A DNA stretch of 64,000 bases from Desulfurivibrionaceae bacterium (GTDB taxonomy: Bacteria; Desulfobacterota; Desulfobulbia; Desulfobulbales; UBA5123), in the NCBI GenBank assembly GCA_030145325.1, contig JAQYVW010000002.1, positions 5,619 through 69,618 on the forward strand. Direction: 5' to 3'. Position numbers and translations under genes: made by a program. This document shows positions 18,293 to 27,332 of the stretch, piece after piece (position 1 is the first letter of the stretch; every line of letters starts with the position of its first letter). A model generated the notes under the pieces. It did no database searches. It saw nothing but the letters and a program-made list of their open reading frames with translations, and was not told the origin of the DNA.

Positions 18293-20335
18293 TCAGGTAA
18301 GTGAGTAAATCCTGTGCAAGCCTGTGATCCCTTTTAGCTCAAAAAGGCCCACCAGTTTGATCTGCGGCCCCTGCATCTGTTGAATCTCCTTGAACACGTT
18401 TTCTGAAACGAGAATCCGATTGTCGGAAGGAACCTCTTCGGCAGTCATGCCGCCTTCCAAGGGGATCAGCCCTTCGGCTTTGACCCCTTCCACCCGGAAG
18501 GTCATACTCACCGCCACGCCAAGGCGGTCGCCCTGATCATCTACCTTTGCCTCGCCAAAATGGATGGCAAAGCGCAGGTTGATTCGTTCTCGCTCCTGGG
18601 CTTTGGCGTTGTGGTTAGCCACAGTAACCAGGGTGTTCTGGGCAAAGCGAACCGCATTGGCCGCATCGGGAAAGGTCATCAGGAAGCCGTCACCGGTGCC
18701 TTTGCTGAAGCGACATTTCTCCTGGCGGGCGATGGGGGAGACCATGTCGGTGAGGTTCTTGATCAGGTTCAGGGAAAAGGTGTCGCCGTATCGGTTGGCG
18801 ATGTCGGTGGAGTTGCAGAGGTCGAGCACCAAAATGGCTTCAGTTACCGAGGTGCCAGCGGCGATTTGTTTTGAAACCACCCGCCTGGTGTCGCCGCCCT
18901 GGCTCTGATCTTCATCCGGGTTGGCGGTGAATTGGCGACCGGTAAGTTCTTTAAGGGTTTCCACAGCCTGAGCGGAGACCTCTTGATCTTGGTCAGAGAG
19001 GCATTGTTTGATCGCATCAGTGGCGTTTTTGTTTTTCATCAGGCCAAGGGCTTTGATGGTATCTATCTTCAGTCGCTTGGAGTTTACACTAAGGAAGCGG
19101 GTTAGATGGGCAAGGGCGCCATCTCCGCCGATTTTGGCCAGGGCTTCTGGTACCCCGCGGCCCATTTCCCGGTCGTCGATGAGCTTCGCAATGGGATCAA
19201 TGGCTCGTTCGTCCTTTAGTTTCCCTAAGGCGCGGAGGGCTTTTTCCCTAACCCACCAATCTTCGTCAGCCAGTCTTTCCACCAAGGCGTCGAAGGCCAG
19301 GGGGTCAACGACATTGTTAAAGAATTCCACTGCGCAGCGGCGCAGGTTCTCGTCGGGATCACGGGTTAGGGAAATAAACCCTCTGGTGATATTGTTGTCA
19401 CCGTGCAAGGCGGTGAGGGAGCTGGTGGCGATTTGGCGAACCCACCAGTCGGAGTCCTTCAGCGCCAGCATCAACTCTTCACTGGTGTTGGGATCTTTGA
19501 GGTTCTTTAAAACCTCAATGGCGCAACGGCGGATATTGACATCCGGGTTGCGCATCAGTTCGATAACCTGGGGGACTATTTTCGCATCAGCGATATGGAT
19601 CAAGCAGTCGGTGGCGCGTTGCCGTACCAGCAGGTCGTCGTCGGTGAGTAGAGCAAGCATTTTGTTTGAGGCGCTCTTGTCGCCAATGGCGTCCAAAGCA
19701 TCCATGGCCAGCATCTTCATCTGTGGATCTTTTTCGTCAAGTTTCTCCAGCAGAGGGGGGACGCTTTCCGGCGCTTTCAGGATCCCGAGGCATTTGACGG
19801 CGGCATGACGAACCTGCCAACTGTTGTCGTTAAGGGCGCTCATGGCCAGTTTGGTGCCGGTGGTGCCGCCGATGCGCCCGATTACCTTGATAATGCAGCG
19901 TTTTGTTTCCGGGGTGGCGCTGTTAAAGAGACCAATAAGGTCGGGAATACATGATTGTGACTTGAAGGTGCTGAGGAGTTCGGTGGCGTTGGTTCTGGTG
20001 TAGGTGTCGGAGCTTTTGAGCGCTTCAACCAGAAACGGGGTTGATGATTTGCTCCATTTATCGATGATGATGGTTTTGGCGACTCTCCGCACTTCGTCGT
20101 ACGGGTCACCCAGGAGTGAAATGATTTCTTCCTGTGACTCATCGTCGCAGATTTTAGCCAAGAGAAACTGTGCTTTACCGGAAGGGAGTTTTTTTTGTTG
20201 AAAGGCCTCAATGGCTGCGCGTACCGCAGCATGGCCGATCTCCTTGAGGTCGGCGACAATGGCAGTATCCTGCTGGGGAGTTTCTGCCGCAGCATACTTG
20301 TTGAGGAGTTTTTTTATCTTGAAACCGGTGAACAC
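18293..20335 (-). CDS. HEAT-repeat protein fused to a C-terminal class III nucleotidyl cyclase domain (680 aa)
   Basis: More than 10 PBS-lyase/HEAT-like repeats are present (DPYDEVRRVAKTI, NDNSWQVRHAAVKCLG, DSDWWVRQIATSSL, DEDWWVREKALRALG, DQDQEVSAQAVETL). The cyclase core follows: AILVLDLCNSTDIANRYGD...SKGTGDGFLMTF...RFAIHFGEAKVDDQGDRLGVAVSMTFRVEG. Confidence 0.8.
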   Translation of the reverse strand: MFTGFKIKKLLNKYAAAETPQQDTAIVADLKEIGHAAVRAAIEAFQQKKLPSGKAQFLLAKICDDESQEEIISLLGDPYDEVRRVAKTIIIDKWSKSSTPFLVEALKSSDTYTRTNATELLSTFKSQSCIPDLIGLFNSATPETKRCIIKVIGRIGGTTGTKLAMSALNDNSWQVRHAAVKCLGILKAPESVPPLLEKLDEKDPQMKMLAMDALDAIGDKSASNKMLALLTDDDLLVRQRATDCLIHIADAKIVPQVIELMRNPDVNIRRCAIEVLKNLKDPNTSEELMLALKDSDWWVRQIATSSLTALHGDNNITRGFISLTRDPDENLRRCAVEFFNNVVDPLAFDALVERLADEDWWVREKALRALGKLKDERAIDPIAKLIDDREMGRGVPEALAKIGGDGALAHLTRFLSVNSKRLKIDTIKALGLMKNKNATDAIKQCLSDQDQEVSAQAVETLKELTGRQFTANPDEDQSQGGDTRRVVSKQIAAGTSVTEAILVLDLCNSTDIANRYGDTFSLNLIKNLTDMVSPIARQEKCRFSKGTGDGFLMTFPDAANAVRFAQNTLVTVANHNAKAQERERINLRFAIHFGEAKVDDQGDRLGVAVSMTFRVEGVKAEGLIPLEGGMTAEEVPSDNRILVSENVFKEIQQMQGPQIKLVGLFELKGITGLHRIYSLT

Positions 20336-20732
20336 GTTCGTATTCCTCCACGGCGATACTGCCCGGGGCGCTAAAATAAAAAGAGCCTGCGAAGTTCAGA
20401 AGCGGCACAGGCATTCAAGATGGTGAAATATAGGCCAATCTCTGCGAAATCTATCATAAACAATATAACCTCGCAAGGGAAGGTGGGGGAAGTTAAATTT
20501 TGTTTTCGGCTAAGTTGTTTTCATCTGGGCGCGTGGTTTACTAACCATAGCGCTGCCGCGTGTGCAGGAGGATTGGGTCGCGTCAAAGATGAAATGCCGG
20601 GAAATTGGGCAGCGATTTTTTTGCCTGCAAGGCACGATTTAGAGAGCATTGCCGTGCTAGGTGATTCAAGTTGTAACGCCGTAGGGGTAAAAAATGGCCA
20701 TCATGATGCATGGTTTCAGAGTTGACATGACA

Positions 20733-22235
20733 CTAGGGAATGGGAGGAATAACTTGGTTCGGTATCTGTTCAGCGGTTGGTTTCTGTAGAGCATTTTTGA
20801 TGGCAATGGGCATGGTTTCGCCTTCCATCGCCATCTCGCGCATTTGTTTAGCAAGATAAGAATTATTGACCAGGAGTTTGAAGACCTGGGTCATGAATTC
20901 CTGTTTCCATGGACTAAGCTGGTCGAGGTTTTGAAACTTGTGCATAAAAAAAGTCTTGGCGGCGTGGCCCAGTTCTTTTTCCAGTTCTTTAAGGGTCATG
21001 GCCTCAGGCTTCAACACCGGCTCCACCAGATTGTATTTCCGGTAATCTGTCACGGCCACATATTTTTTTAAGGTTGGGTACAGATCGGCATAGGGCCAAG
21101 GAGCGATGGCGAGAAAGAAGGCCATGTCCGGGTTATAGTGGATGGCGAGAGCAACGATAGCGGCGATGGACTCCGGGGTGTCGTCCGGCATGCCTAAGAC
21201 AAAAGAGGTTTCAGAGACGATGTTGGCGTTGTTGATGATGTCGATGGCCCGCTTGGATTGTTCGACCTTGGTGCCTTTCTTGAAAAGGTTCAGGTTTTTC
21301 TGGGAACCGGCCTCAACCCCGACGTAGATATGTTCGATACCGGCCTGGCGGTATTTATCCATGATATCCTCATCGCGGAGGATATCGTCAACCCTGGTTT
21401 CCAGGAGGAGTTTTACCCCTGTTTGCCTTTCAATGAGCAGATCCAGAATATTTTCCCAGCGGTTGCGATCCAGGGTGGGGATCTCATCGGCGAGCATGGC
21501 GACGTTGACCCCGTATTGTTGATTTAGGTGTTCAAGTTCAGCCACGAAGTTTTCCGGGCTTCGTGCTCGCCAGGAGCGTTTCCAGAAGAGTTGTTGGGAG
21601 CAGAAGGAGCAGTTTTGCTTGCAACCACGAGAAGAAGAGACAATGGCCAGGGTGGAGTTCTTTTTCGGGCGGTAAGAGTAAATGGGCCATTCCACCAGAT
21701 CCCAGGCGGTGGGCAAAGCGTCAAGATCGGCGATGAAAGGGGCGTCAGCCGTAACCTGAATCTTATTGTTAACGCGAAAGGCGATTCCCGCGACCTTGCT
21801 GGGATCGTCATTATCGTTAAGACAATCAAGTAGGGTGGGGAGGGTAATCTCTCCCTCGCCTCGCACCACAAAATCAATGGGATTATCTTTAGCGCTGAGC
21901 AGCTCGTCATAACAGAAGGTGGCATGGACATTACCGATCACGGTAACCATGCGGGGATTGATCTCCTTGGCCAGTCGCAGTAGTTCCACCCCATCGACAA
22001 TGGAGGGGGTAAAGGCAGTGGTCGCTACCACCTCTGGAGCAAAATCTTCAATGCGTTGGCGGATCTCTGGCCATTGATGCCAGAGGGACATGGCGTCGTA
22101 GTAATCCACCTCATAGCCAGCCTCGCGCAAGGCTCCGGCGATATAGACAAAGCCTAAGTTCAGCCAGGTTCCGGCAGATTCCACCACGCCGGAGTGGTAG
22201 GGGGGGGTGATAAGGGCGACACGTTTCAGTTTCAT
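20733..22235 (-). CDS. Cobalamin (B12)-binding domain radical SAM enzyme
   Basis: The N-terminal B12-binding Rossmann region is RVALITPPYHS...LGFVYIAGALREAGYEVDYYDA. The radical SAM cluster motif is SSRGCKQNCSFCSQ. It is 500 aa. Confidence 0.85.
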   Translation of the reverse strand: MKLKRVALITPPYHSGVVESAGTWLNLGFVYIAGALREAGYEVDYYDAMSLWHQWPEIRQRIEDFAPEVVATTAFTPSIVDGVELLRLAKEINPRMVTVIGNVHATFCYDELLSAKDNPIDFVVRGEGEITLPTLLDCLNDNDDPSKVAGIAFRVNNKIQVTADAPFIADLDALPTAWDLVEWPIYSYRPKKNSTLAIVSSSRGCKQNCSFCSQQLFWKRSWRARSPENFVAELEHLNQQYGVNVAMLADEIPTLDRNRWENILDLLIERQTGVKLLLETRVDDILRDEDIMDKYRQAGIEHIYVGVEAGSQKNLNLFKKGTKVEQSKRAIDIINNANIVSETSFVLGMPDDTPESIAAIVALAIHYNPDMAFFLAIAPWPYADLYPTLKKYVAVTDYRKYNLVEPVLKPEAMTLKELEKELGHAAKTFFMHKFQNLDQLSPWKQEFMTQVFKLLVNNSYLAKQMREMAMEGETMPIAIKNALQKPTAEQIPNQVIPPIP

Positions 22236-22237
22236 GA

Positions 22238-22591
22238 TTACAAAGTCCAGAGAACAGCAAACACGCTACCGACGATAAAGGCGGTGCCGAGAAAGGCGTG
22301 CTTGACGATCAGGATCGGTTTTTTAAGTTTGCCTGGCTCTTCCATCTTGTCCCAGTCGCGCCGGTAGAGAAACCGAACCAGGCCGGTGAGCATGATTAAT
22401 ACCAGGGCCGCGTTGCCGAGCCAAAAGAATTGGTTCTGGAGTTCGCTGGCAAAGGTTGCCAAGGCCGGTGGCACTTCTGTCAGCCCGTTTACTTGGCGGT
22501 GGCAGGTGTAGAGGCCGATAAAACTTCCGAACCAGATCCCGGTAAAAAGATCGTGGGCAAAGTTGTTGATGAGGTAGAGCCAAGATTTCAT
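22238..22591 (-). CDS. Small integral membrane protein (3-4 TM), unknown function
   Basis: Hydrophobic segments FTGIWFGSFIGLY, FFWLGNAALVLIMLTGLV and AFLGTAFIVGSVFAVLW. Its ATG overlaps the upstream stop (ATGA at 22588-22591), and its stop lies 2 nt from the B12-rSAM start. Confidence 0.55.
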   Translation of the reverse strand: MKSWLYLINNFAHDLFTGIWFGSFIGLYTCHRQVNGLTEVPPALATFASELQNQFFWLGNAALVLIMLTGLVRFLYRRDWDKMEEPGKLKKPILIVKHAFLGTAFIVGSVFAVLWTL

Positions 22592-22788
22592 TTACGATCT
22601 TTACCGCCGTGATTTTCAGGTGTCCGCAGCCGCAACAGGGTTTGCCGCAGTGATTTCTTATGGTTGTCGTTAGCGGTGGATTTTTGTAGCAATTGGGCGA
22701 TCCGCACCGAGCAGCTACAGACCTTCTCATCTTTGCCGATGAGTTCGTCGTTGATTTTTGGTGCTTTCCAAAAGCTGAAGAAACTCAT
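22588..22788 (-). CDS. 66-aa ORF, translationally coupled on both sides (possible small protein or peptide)
   Basis: MSFFSFWKAPKINDELIGKDEKVCSCSVRIAQLLQKSTANDNHKKSLRQTLLRLRTPENHGGKDRK. It has 4-nt ATGA overlaps at both ends (22785-22788 and 22588-22591). No family is recognised, and an opposite-strand ORF (22693-22893) overlaps it. Confidence 0.4.
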   Translation of the reverse strand: MSFFSFWKAPKINDELIGKDEKVCSCSVRIAQLLQKSTANDNHKKSLRQTLLRLRTPENHGGKDRK

Positions 22789-24026
22789 TTCTTGCTCAGT
22801 GATTTTGTAAGTTTAGCGTGCAAACGGCCAAGTTTCTTGAGATTTCTTTTGAGGAGGAAGTCGATCATCTGGTTCATTAGCTTACCGCCATGACTGCCCC
22901 TGATCTCTTCTGCATCAAGTTTTCCTGGTCGTTTCTGCCAACGACCGACGATCTCAAAACCGTCCTCGGTCTCAAAGCCCAGGTTGTCGGTCTGTACCGC
23001 CACCACCATGCTGCGGTTGACCAGATCGTAATGCTTGAGCAGTCCCACCTCTCCAGGCGGTAGCCGCGTAAAGGTGTCCACATCAACCACCTGGGTGCGG
23101 GTCCAAGGCGGGATGATTTTGTGGCGACTGCTCTGGCGTCCGGCCAGATGATCAGCCAGGGTGCTGTCAAAGAAGTTGGTGCTGACCTCCCCCATGCCGA
23201 GAACATTGATGCAGTAAGGTTCTTCGATGCCAAGGATTTCGTGGCACATCTCAAAATACTCTTCCTTGGAGCACTCACCGAACTGGCCCATATAGCCGCC
23301 GCCGTCGCAGATCCTGCTCCCCAGGGGCAGTTTAAAGCTGATCTTATCCCGAGCACAGGCCTTGAAGAAAAAGATAAAGCCTGGCGTGCTGCCGATCAAG
23401 GCCAGGGGAGCGCCGGTTGCTTCCGCATCCAGTAATGATTGTACCATGAGTTCAAGATTCAAGCCGCCAAATGAGATCAGATAATCGCTGTCCGGGGTGC
23501 CGAACTGGGTGCGCACCCGATCAAGCCCCACCGCCATGCCGATGCCGGGGGCCATTTGCGGTGATGGAGTCATCAGCAGGATCTTCATCCGTTCCTGGTC
23601 GGGAAAGACATATTTTCGGGTTAATAAACCGTTGGCGGCGTGAATTAATTTCACTGCTGCTGGGTCACGGTAGATCTGGCCCTTTTTTAGGGGATTGGTG
23701 GTGCCGCTGGTAAAATAGGCGTGTTCGGCTTTTTCCACCGGAAAGGAGGCCAGGACAAAATCTTTGAAGGCTTTTGACGGCACCGCCGGGATCTCCTGCC
23801 ACTTCTTTGCCGCAGCTGGGGAAACGCCTTTGTGCTGGCAATACTCCCGATAGGGGGGGATGGTGTGAAACTGGAGTTCAAACTGGGCGAGGGCGATGCG
23901 ATTGAACTCTTCCTCATCGTCATAAGCTAACCCTTTATCGATAAAAGCGAGGATGGCTTGATCGAGTTCGGCGACAAAATCTGAGTTCAGAGCATATTGG
24001 ATGGGCGGCGCCGATTTGAAAAACAT
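22785..24026 (-). CDS. LuxE-like acyl-protein synthetase / adenylate-forming enzyme
   Basis: FELQFHTIPPYREYCQHKGV...WQEIPAVPSKAFKDF...AYFTSGTTNPLKKGQIYRD matches my recollection of the LuxE family N-terminal half, including the modified SSGTTG-type AMP-binding loop. The assignment is by motif only. Confidence 0.6.
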   Translation of the reverse strand: MFFKSAPPIQYALNSDFVAELDQAILAFIDKGLAYDDEEEFNRIALAQFELQFHTIPPYREYCQHKGVSPAAAKKWQEIPAVPSKAFKDFVLASFPVEKAEHAYFTSGTTNPLKKGQIYRDPAAVKLIHAANGLLTRKYVFPDQERMKILLMTPSPQMAPGIGMAVGLDRVRTQFGTPDSDYLISFGGLNLELMVQSLLDAEATGAPLALIGSTPGFIFFFKACARDKISFKLPLGSRICDGGGYMGQFGECSKEEYFEMCHEILGIEEPYCINVLGMGEVSTNFFDSTLADHLAGRQSSRHKIIPPWTRTQVVDVDTFTRLPPGEVGLLKHYDLVNRSMVVAVQTDNLGFETEDGFEIVGRWQKRPGKLDAEEIRGSHGGKLMNQMIDFLLKRNLKKLGRLHAKLTKSLSKK

Positions 24027-24076
24027 TTTGTTACCTATAGGTGGTTTGTGGGTGCTGTTCGCGGTGAGCGTGGGGT

Positions 24077-24553
24077 TTAGAGCTTTGTTTTCTTAAGCCA
24101 GCCGAGGGGCAATATCTCGGGGGTATTTTTTTTATACAAGATATAATCTGTGTCGAATTTTGTCATCAAATAGCGGTCTTCCTTTTTGATTAATATCTTA
24201 AATATAATGTACATTACTAAAGGGGTGGTGAAACTGAGCAATGAATTTGCCCAGAAAGATAGCCCTGGGACAATAAAACAGATCCAGGCTGAATAAATTG
24301 GGTGCCGACAGAGGGCAAAGGCCCCCGAGGTACAGAGTTTGTCGGCATTGTAGGCCTTCAGCATGAAGATGACGCCGGTAATATAGAGGACAATGCCCAT
24401 CGCGATAAAGGCGGCGCCGATGGTGATGCGGAGATCCTTAGAGATTACGGGCAGGCGAAGGAAGGGCGAGAAATAGATGGCAAGGGCCACTGTGGAGACA
24501 AAATAGCTTATTGAGAGGGACGCTAGGGTTGGCCCGATTCCCGTTCGGCTCAA
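24077..24553 (-). CDS. Membrane methyltransferase of the ICMT/PEMT-like family
   Basis: A polytopic 158-aa protein with GAFALCRHPIYSAWICFIVPGLSF, which fits the RHPxY motif of isoprenylcysteine carboxyl and phospholipid methyltransferases. Confidence 0.65.
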   Translation of the reverse strand: MSRTGIGPTLASLSISYFVSTVALAIYFSPFLRLPVISKDLRITIGAAFIAMGIVLYITGVIFMLKAYNADKLCTSGAFALCRHPIYSAWICFIVPGLSFWANSLLSFTTPLVMYIIFKILIKKEDRYLMTKFDTDYILYKKNTPEILPLGWLKKTKL

Positions 24554-25083
24554 TTTTTTGCCCCCCCCTGTGGGTGGTTGGGGGGGCGTTGGAAGATAAA
24601 ACTTGAATCCTTGCTTTCTTTAGTTTTCTGGATGGATATGTCTGCCACCAGCCATTTGTCGGTGGTGTGGGAGAGGGTGTAAGTGAGGCTGTAATGCACC
24701 GTGTTGGCAAAAAGGCGTTTGCCGCTCTTGATCTCCCAATAGACATATTCCCACTCCTCTTCTGCGGCAATGGTGACTGTGTTGGGGGTAATCTCCTGGA
24801 GTGGAGCGAAGGTGATCTCTTGCAGTTTTGAGTCCATCTTTAAGCCTGCTTCACCAGTGGCGGCCATCTGGTAATAAGCCTTTTCGGCCATTTGGGCTGT
24901 GGCGACTTGGGCAAGGGAATTCATTTTGAGGTTTCGGTACCCGTCGGCGAGGAGGGCGTCGTACCAGGTGACGGCGGCCTCAACCGCTGCCTGTCTGCTG
25001 TGGGCGGCGGGCTGTGGCTGGCGGTCGCAACCGGTAATCGCCAGCAGCAGGCAAATGGTCAGAAGAGATAAAAAAGTTTTCAT
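24550..25083 (-). CDS. Lipoprotein of unknown function
   Basis: Lipobox in MKTFLSLLTICLLLAITGCDRQ. ATGA overlaps are present with ccsA upstream (25080-25083) and the methyltransferase downstream (24550-24553). Confidence 0.65.
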   Translation of the reverse strand: MKTFLSLLTICLLLAITGCDRQPQPAAHSRQAAVEAAVTWYDALLADGYRNLKMNSLAQVATAQMAEKAYYQMAATGEAGLKMDSKLQEITFAPLQEITPNTVTIAAEEEWEYVYWEIKSGKRLFANTVHYSLTYTLSHTTDKWLVADISIQKTKESKDSSFIFQRPPNHPQGGAKN

Positions 25084-25907
25084 CGGAAGTATTCCGAGTG
25101 AATTGACGAATCAAACAGCGGCACAAAAAATAATGACGCCATGGAAAGCAGGAAACAGATGATGAGCAGGGCGGCCGCTTTTTCTTCTTTGAGGCCGAAG
25201 AAGCGGCGCAGGTGCAAATAGATAGCAAAGCCGCCCCAGGTGATCAGTGACCATGTTTCAATGGGATCCCAGCCCCAGAACCTACCCCAGGATTGATAGG
25301 CCCAGACCGCGCCGGTGAGCATGGCGATGGACCAGAACACAAAGCCAAAGCCGGTAAAGCGGTAGGCGAGCAGATCCATGGCGGCAGGTTCGGGAAGGCG
25401 CGCCAGCCATGAGTAACTGGTTCTTTTTCTTTGGATATAGCCAAGGGAAAGGGCCAGGGCGATGATGATGGTTGCCAGCGAGATCATGTAAAAGATTACA
25501 TGCAGTACCAGCCAGATGCCCCGGAAGGTGGGGGGCAACGCTTTCACCGCCGGGTTAAAGAAGATGCCGAGTCCAATCATTAGCACCACCGCCGGAAAGA
25601 CCAGCAGGCTGGCCGGGCGGATGGCTGGAAAGGGTTTGCTGAAGAGCAGGAAGGTCAGCATCGTCCCCCAGGCCATTGCCGAAAGGATTTCATAGCGGGC
25701 CAAATATGGTCCATGGCCCACCACGTACCACCAAAAAAGGAGCGCGCTGCTATGGATAATTAGGCCGGTGATAACCAGCCGGTAGGCAAGCCGTTCGGTC
25801 TGTTCCTTCTGGAAAATGATCCCCATGGTATTGCCGACAGTGGCAACCACATAGAGAAGCACTGCTGACCAGTGCATACCGGTGAGGATGGTGAAATCGT
25901 TGTTCAT
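25080..25907 (-). CDS. ccsA: Cytochrome c biogenesis protein CcsA/ResC (System II heme handling)
   Basis: Trp-rich heme-handling motif WGRFWGWDPIETWSLITW and 8 TM-like segments. The start is moved to the ATG at 25907 (MNNDFTILTGMHW), which overlaps the ResB stop as ATGA. The 76-aa upstream extension in the track ORF lies inside resB. Confidence 0.85.
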   Translation of the reverse strand: MNNDFTILTGMHWSAVLLYVVATVGNTMGIIFQKEQTERLAYRLVITGLIIHSSALLFWWYVVGHGPYLARYEILSAMAWGTMLTFLLFSKPFPAIRPASLLVFPAVVLMIGLGIFFNPAVKALPPTFRGIWLVLHVIFYMISLATIIIALALSLGYIQRKRTSYSWLARLPEPAAMDLLAYRFTGFGFVFWSIAMLTGAVWAYQSWGRFWGWDPIETWSLITWGGFAIYLHLRRFFGLKEEKAAALLIICFLLSMASLFFVPLFDSSIHSEYFR

Positions 25908-27268
25908 GGGTTTTTCAATCCTTGTAGGCGCTGGCGCACCGAACAGTATTCTTCCAGGTAGTGATCGCGAAACCTGGGACATTTCCACCGTAAGCGGTAG
26001 CCACCATCCCTCTTTTGACAATACAACTCTCGGGGGATTGTAAAATAGTAGAGCAGGGCGCCCAAGGAGAAAATAAAAATGCCCCAGAAAATGCCGGGCA
26101 TGCCGGTTTTTTCCCAGAAAATAAACCCGGTCCATTGGGTAACCCCCATGAGTTTTACAGCATAGGGGCCAAGGTCGCCATGTTCTCCTTTGGTAAGGGA
26201 AAGTTCGTCGATGAGTTGGTTGTTAGCGAACAGGCGCACAACCAGCAAAGGATTGTTGCTGGCCAGGTTTGTTTTAGCCGCGTCGGCATAGGATTTTGCT
26301 TTGAGATGATAGGGGATTTCCTGAAAATCAAAGTTCCCGTAGCTTGCTTTGGTGAGTGAGGTCGGGCTTTCCATGTCCAGAATTAATTCGCCGGTTATCC
26401 CCGTGCGGTCGGTGAGTAGGAGATGGAAATTGTTGCCGAAGGTTTTTTCTTGATAGATCCGCAAGCCCTGGTGTTGCAGGATGGATCCGGTGGTGGTGGT
26501 CAGGGGGGCGGCCTGGCCGTTTGGAGAAATGAAGATCAGGTTGCTGGTGATGCTTTTGACCCCACCTTTGTTCCAGAATTCAGGGGTAAATTGTTCCAGG
26601 CGGACGGCAGCAGGCAGTCGGAACGATGGGGCTAAGAGGCCATGATCTTCATAAAGCCAGGGGCTGTTGGGGGTATGTGTTTCTCCTTCGGTGAGGCGCA
26701 GCACACCTTCTTTTTGGGTGGCAACCAAGAGTAGGGCTCCAGCAATGGTGATTAGGATGCCAAGGTGGAGGAGGGTAAGCCCCCAGTAGCCCCAAGGATG
26801 TTTTACATATCGGTTGCCGCCATCTGTGTCGGCAAGTTTCCAATAACCAGCCCTTTTGAGGGTGGAGTGTAACGCTGCCGCTGAGATCTGTGCTTCAAAG
26901 TGATCAGCGGTGGGGCTGAGTTGGTTGGTAGGTGGCGGCATGGGGGCGGAAATGGAGAACATTTTTTTATAGGCGTGGCGAAATTGGTCATAGGTGGTGA
27001 TGGTCAGAGAGAGCAGAAAGATAAAGAGGAGGGCGGCAAACCATGGCGCGGTAAACAGTCGGGCAAGATCAAATCGTTGGATGATTGGCAGCCAGGTTGG
27101 GTGTGCCTGTTGCCAGAGGGTTAACTGTGCCGGAGGGGTGCTGAATTCCTGAGGAATAAAGATGGAGAGGGCAACGGAGGAAAGCAGTAGCAAGAGGAGG
27201 GCAAAAACTGTTTTCGGGGAGGTGAGAATATGTTTGAGATGGAATCGCATACGATGGGGGCGGGTCAC
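25904..27268 (-). CDS. ccsB: Cytochrome c biogenesis protein CcsB/ResB
   Basis: LKHILTSPKTVFALLLLLLSSVALSIFIPQEF is a ResB-type N-terminus. A large periplasmic loop and C-terminal TM helices follow. It lies immediately upstream of ccsA. Confidence 0.85.
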   Translation of the reverse strand: MTRPHRMRFHLKHILTSPKTVFALLLLLLSSVALSIFIPQEFSTPPAQLTLWQQAHPTWLPIIQRFDLARLFTAPWFAALLFIFLLSLTITTYDQFRHAYKKMFSISAPMPPPTNQLSPTADHFEAQISAAALHSTLKRAGYWKLADTDGGNRYVKHPWGYWGLTLLHLGILITIAGALLLVATQKEGVLRLTEGETHTPNSPWLYEDHGLLAPSFRLPAAVRLEQFTPEFWNKGGVKSITSNLIFISPNGQAAPLTTTTGSILQHQGLRIYQEKTFGNNFHLLLTDRTGITGELILDMESPTSLTKASYGNFDFQEIPYHLKAKSYADAAKTNLASNNPLLVVRLFANNQLIDELSLTKGEHGDLGPYAVKLMGVTQWTGFIFWEKTGMPGIFWGIFIFSLGALLYYFTIPRELYCQKRDGGYRLRWKCPRFRDHYLEEYCSVRQRLQGLKNP

Positions 27269-27332
27269 CGGGAGGCGTGGAAAGTTTTTATCGGGAGAGT
27301 GGTGGGTGGGCCAAGCCGGTTAAGTTTACTTG

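Noticed and set aside
17787-20335. Interpreting the cyclase plus cNMP-binding pair as a Pycsar/CBASS-type antiphage system
   Set aside because: The cNMP-binding protein has no fused toxic effector (TM bundle, TIR, nuclease). The cyclase carries a large HEAT sensory region atypical for PycC. The surroundings are core genes rather than a defence island. It is kept only as a signalling-module finding.
25908-26135. 76-aa N-terminal extension of the ccsA track ORF
   Set aside because: The extension lies entirely inside the ccsB/resB coding region in another frame. The ATG at 25907 gives a typical CcsA N-terminus and a classic ATGA coupling overlap.
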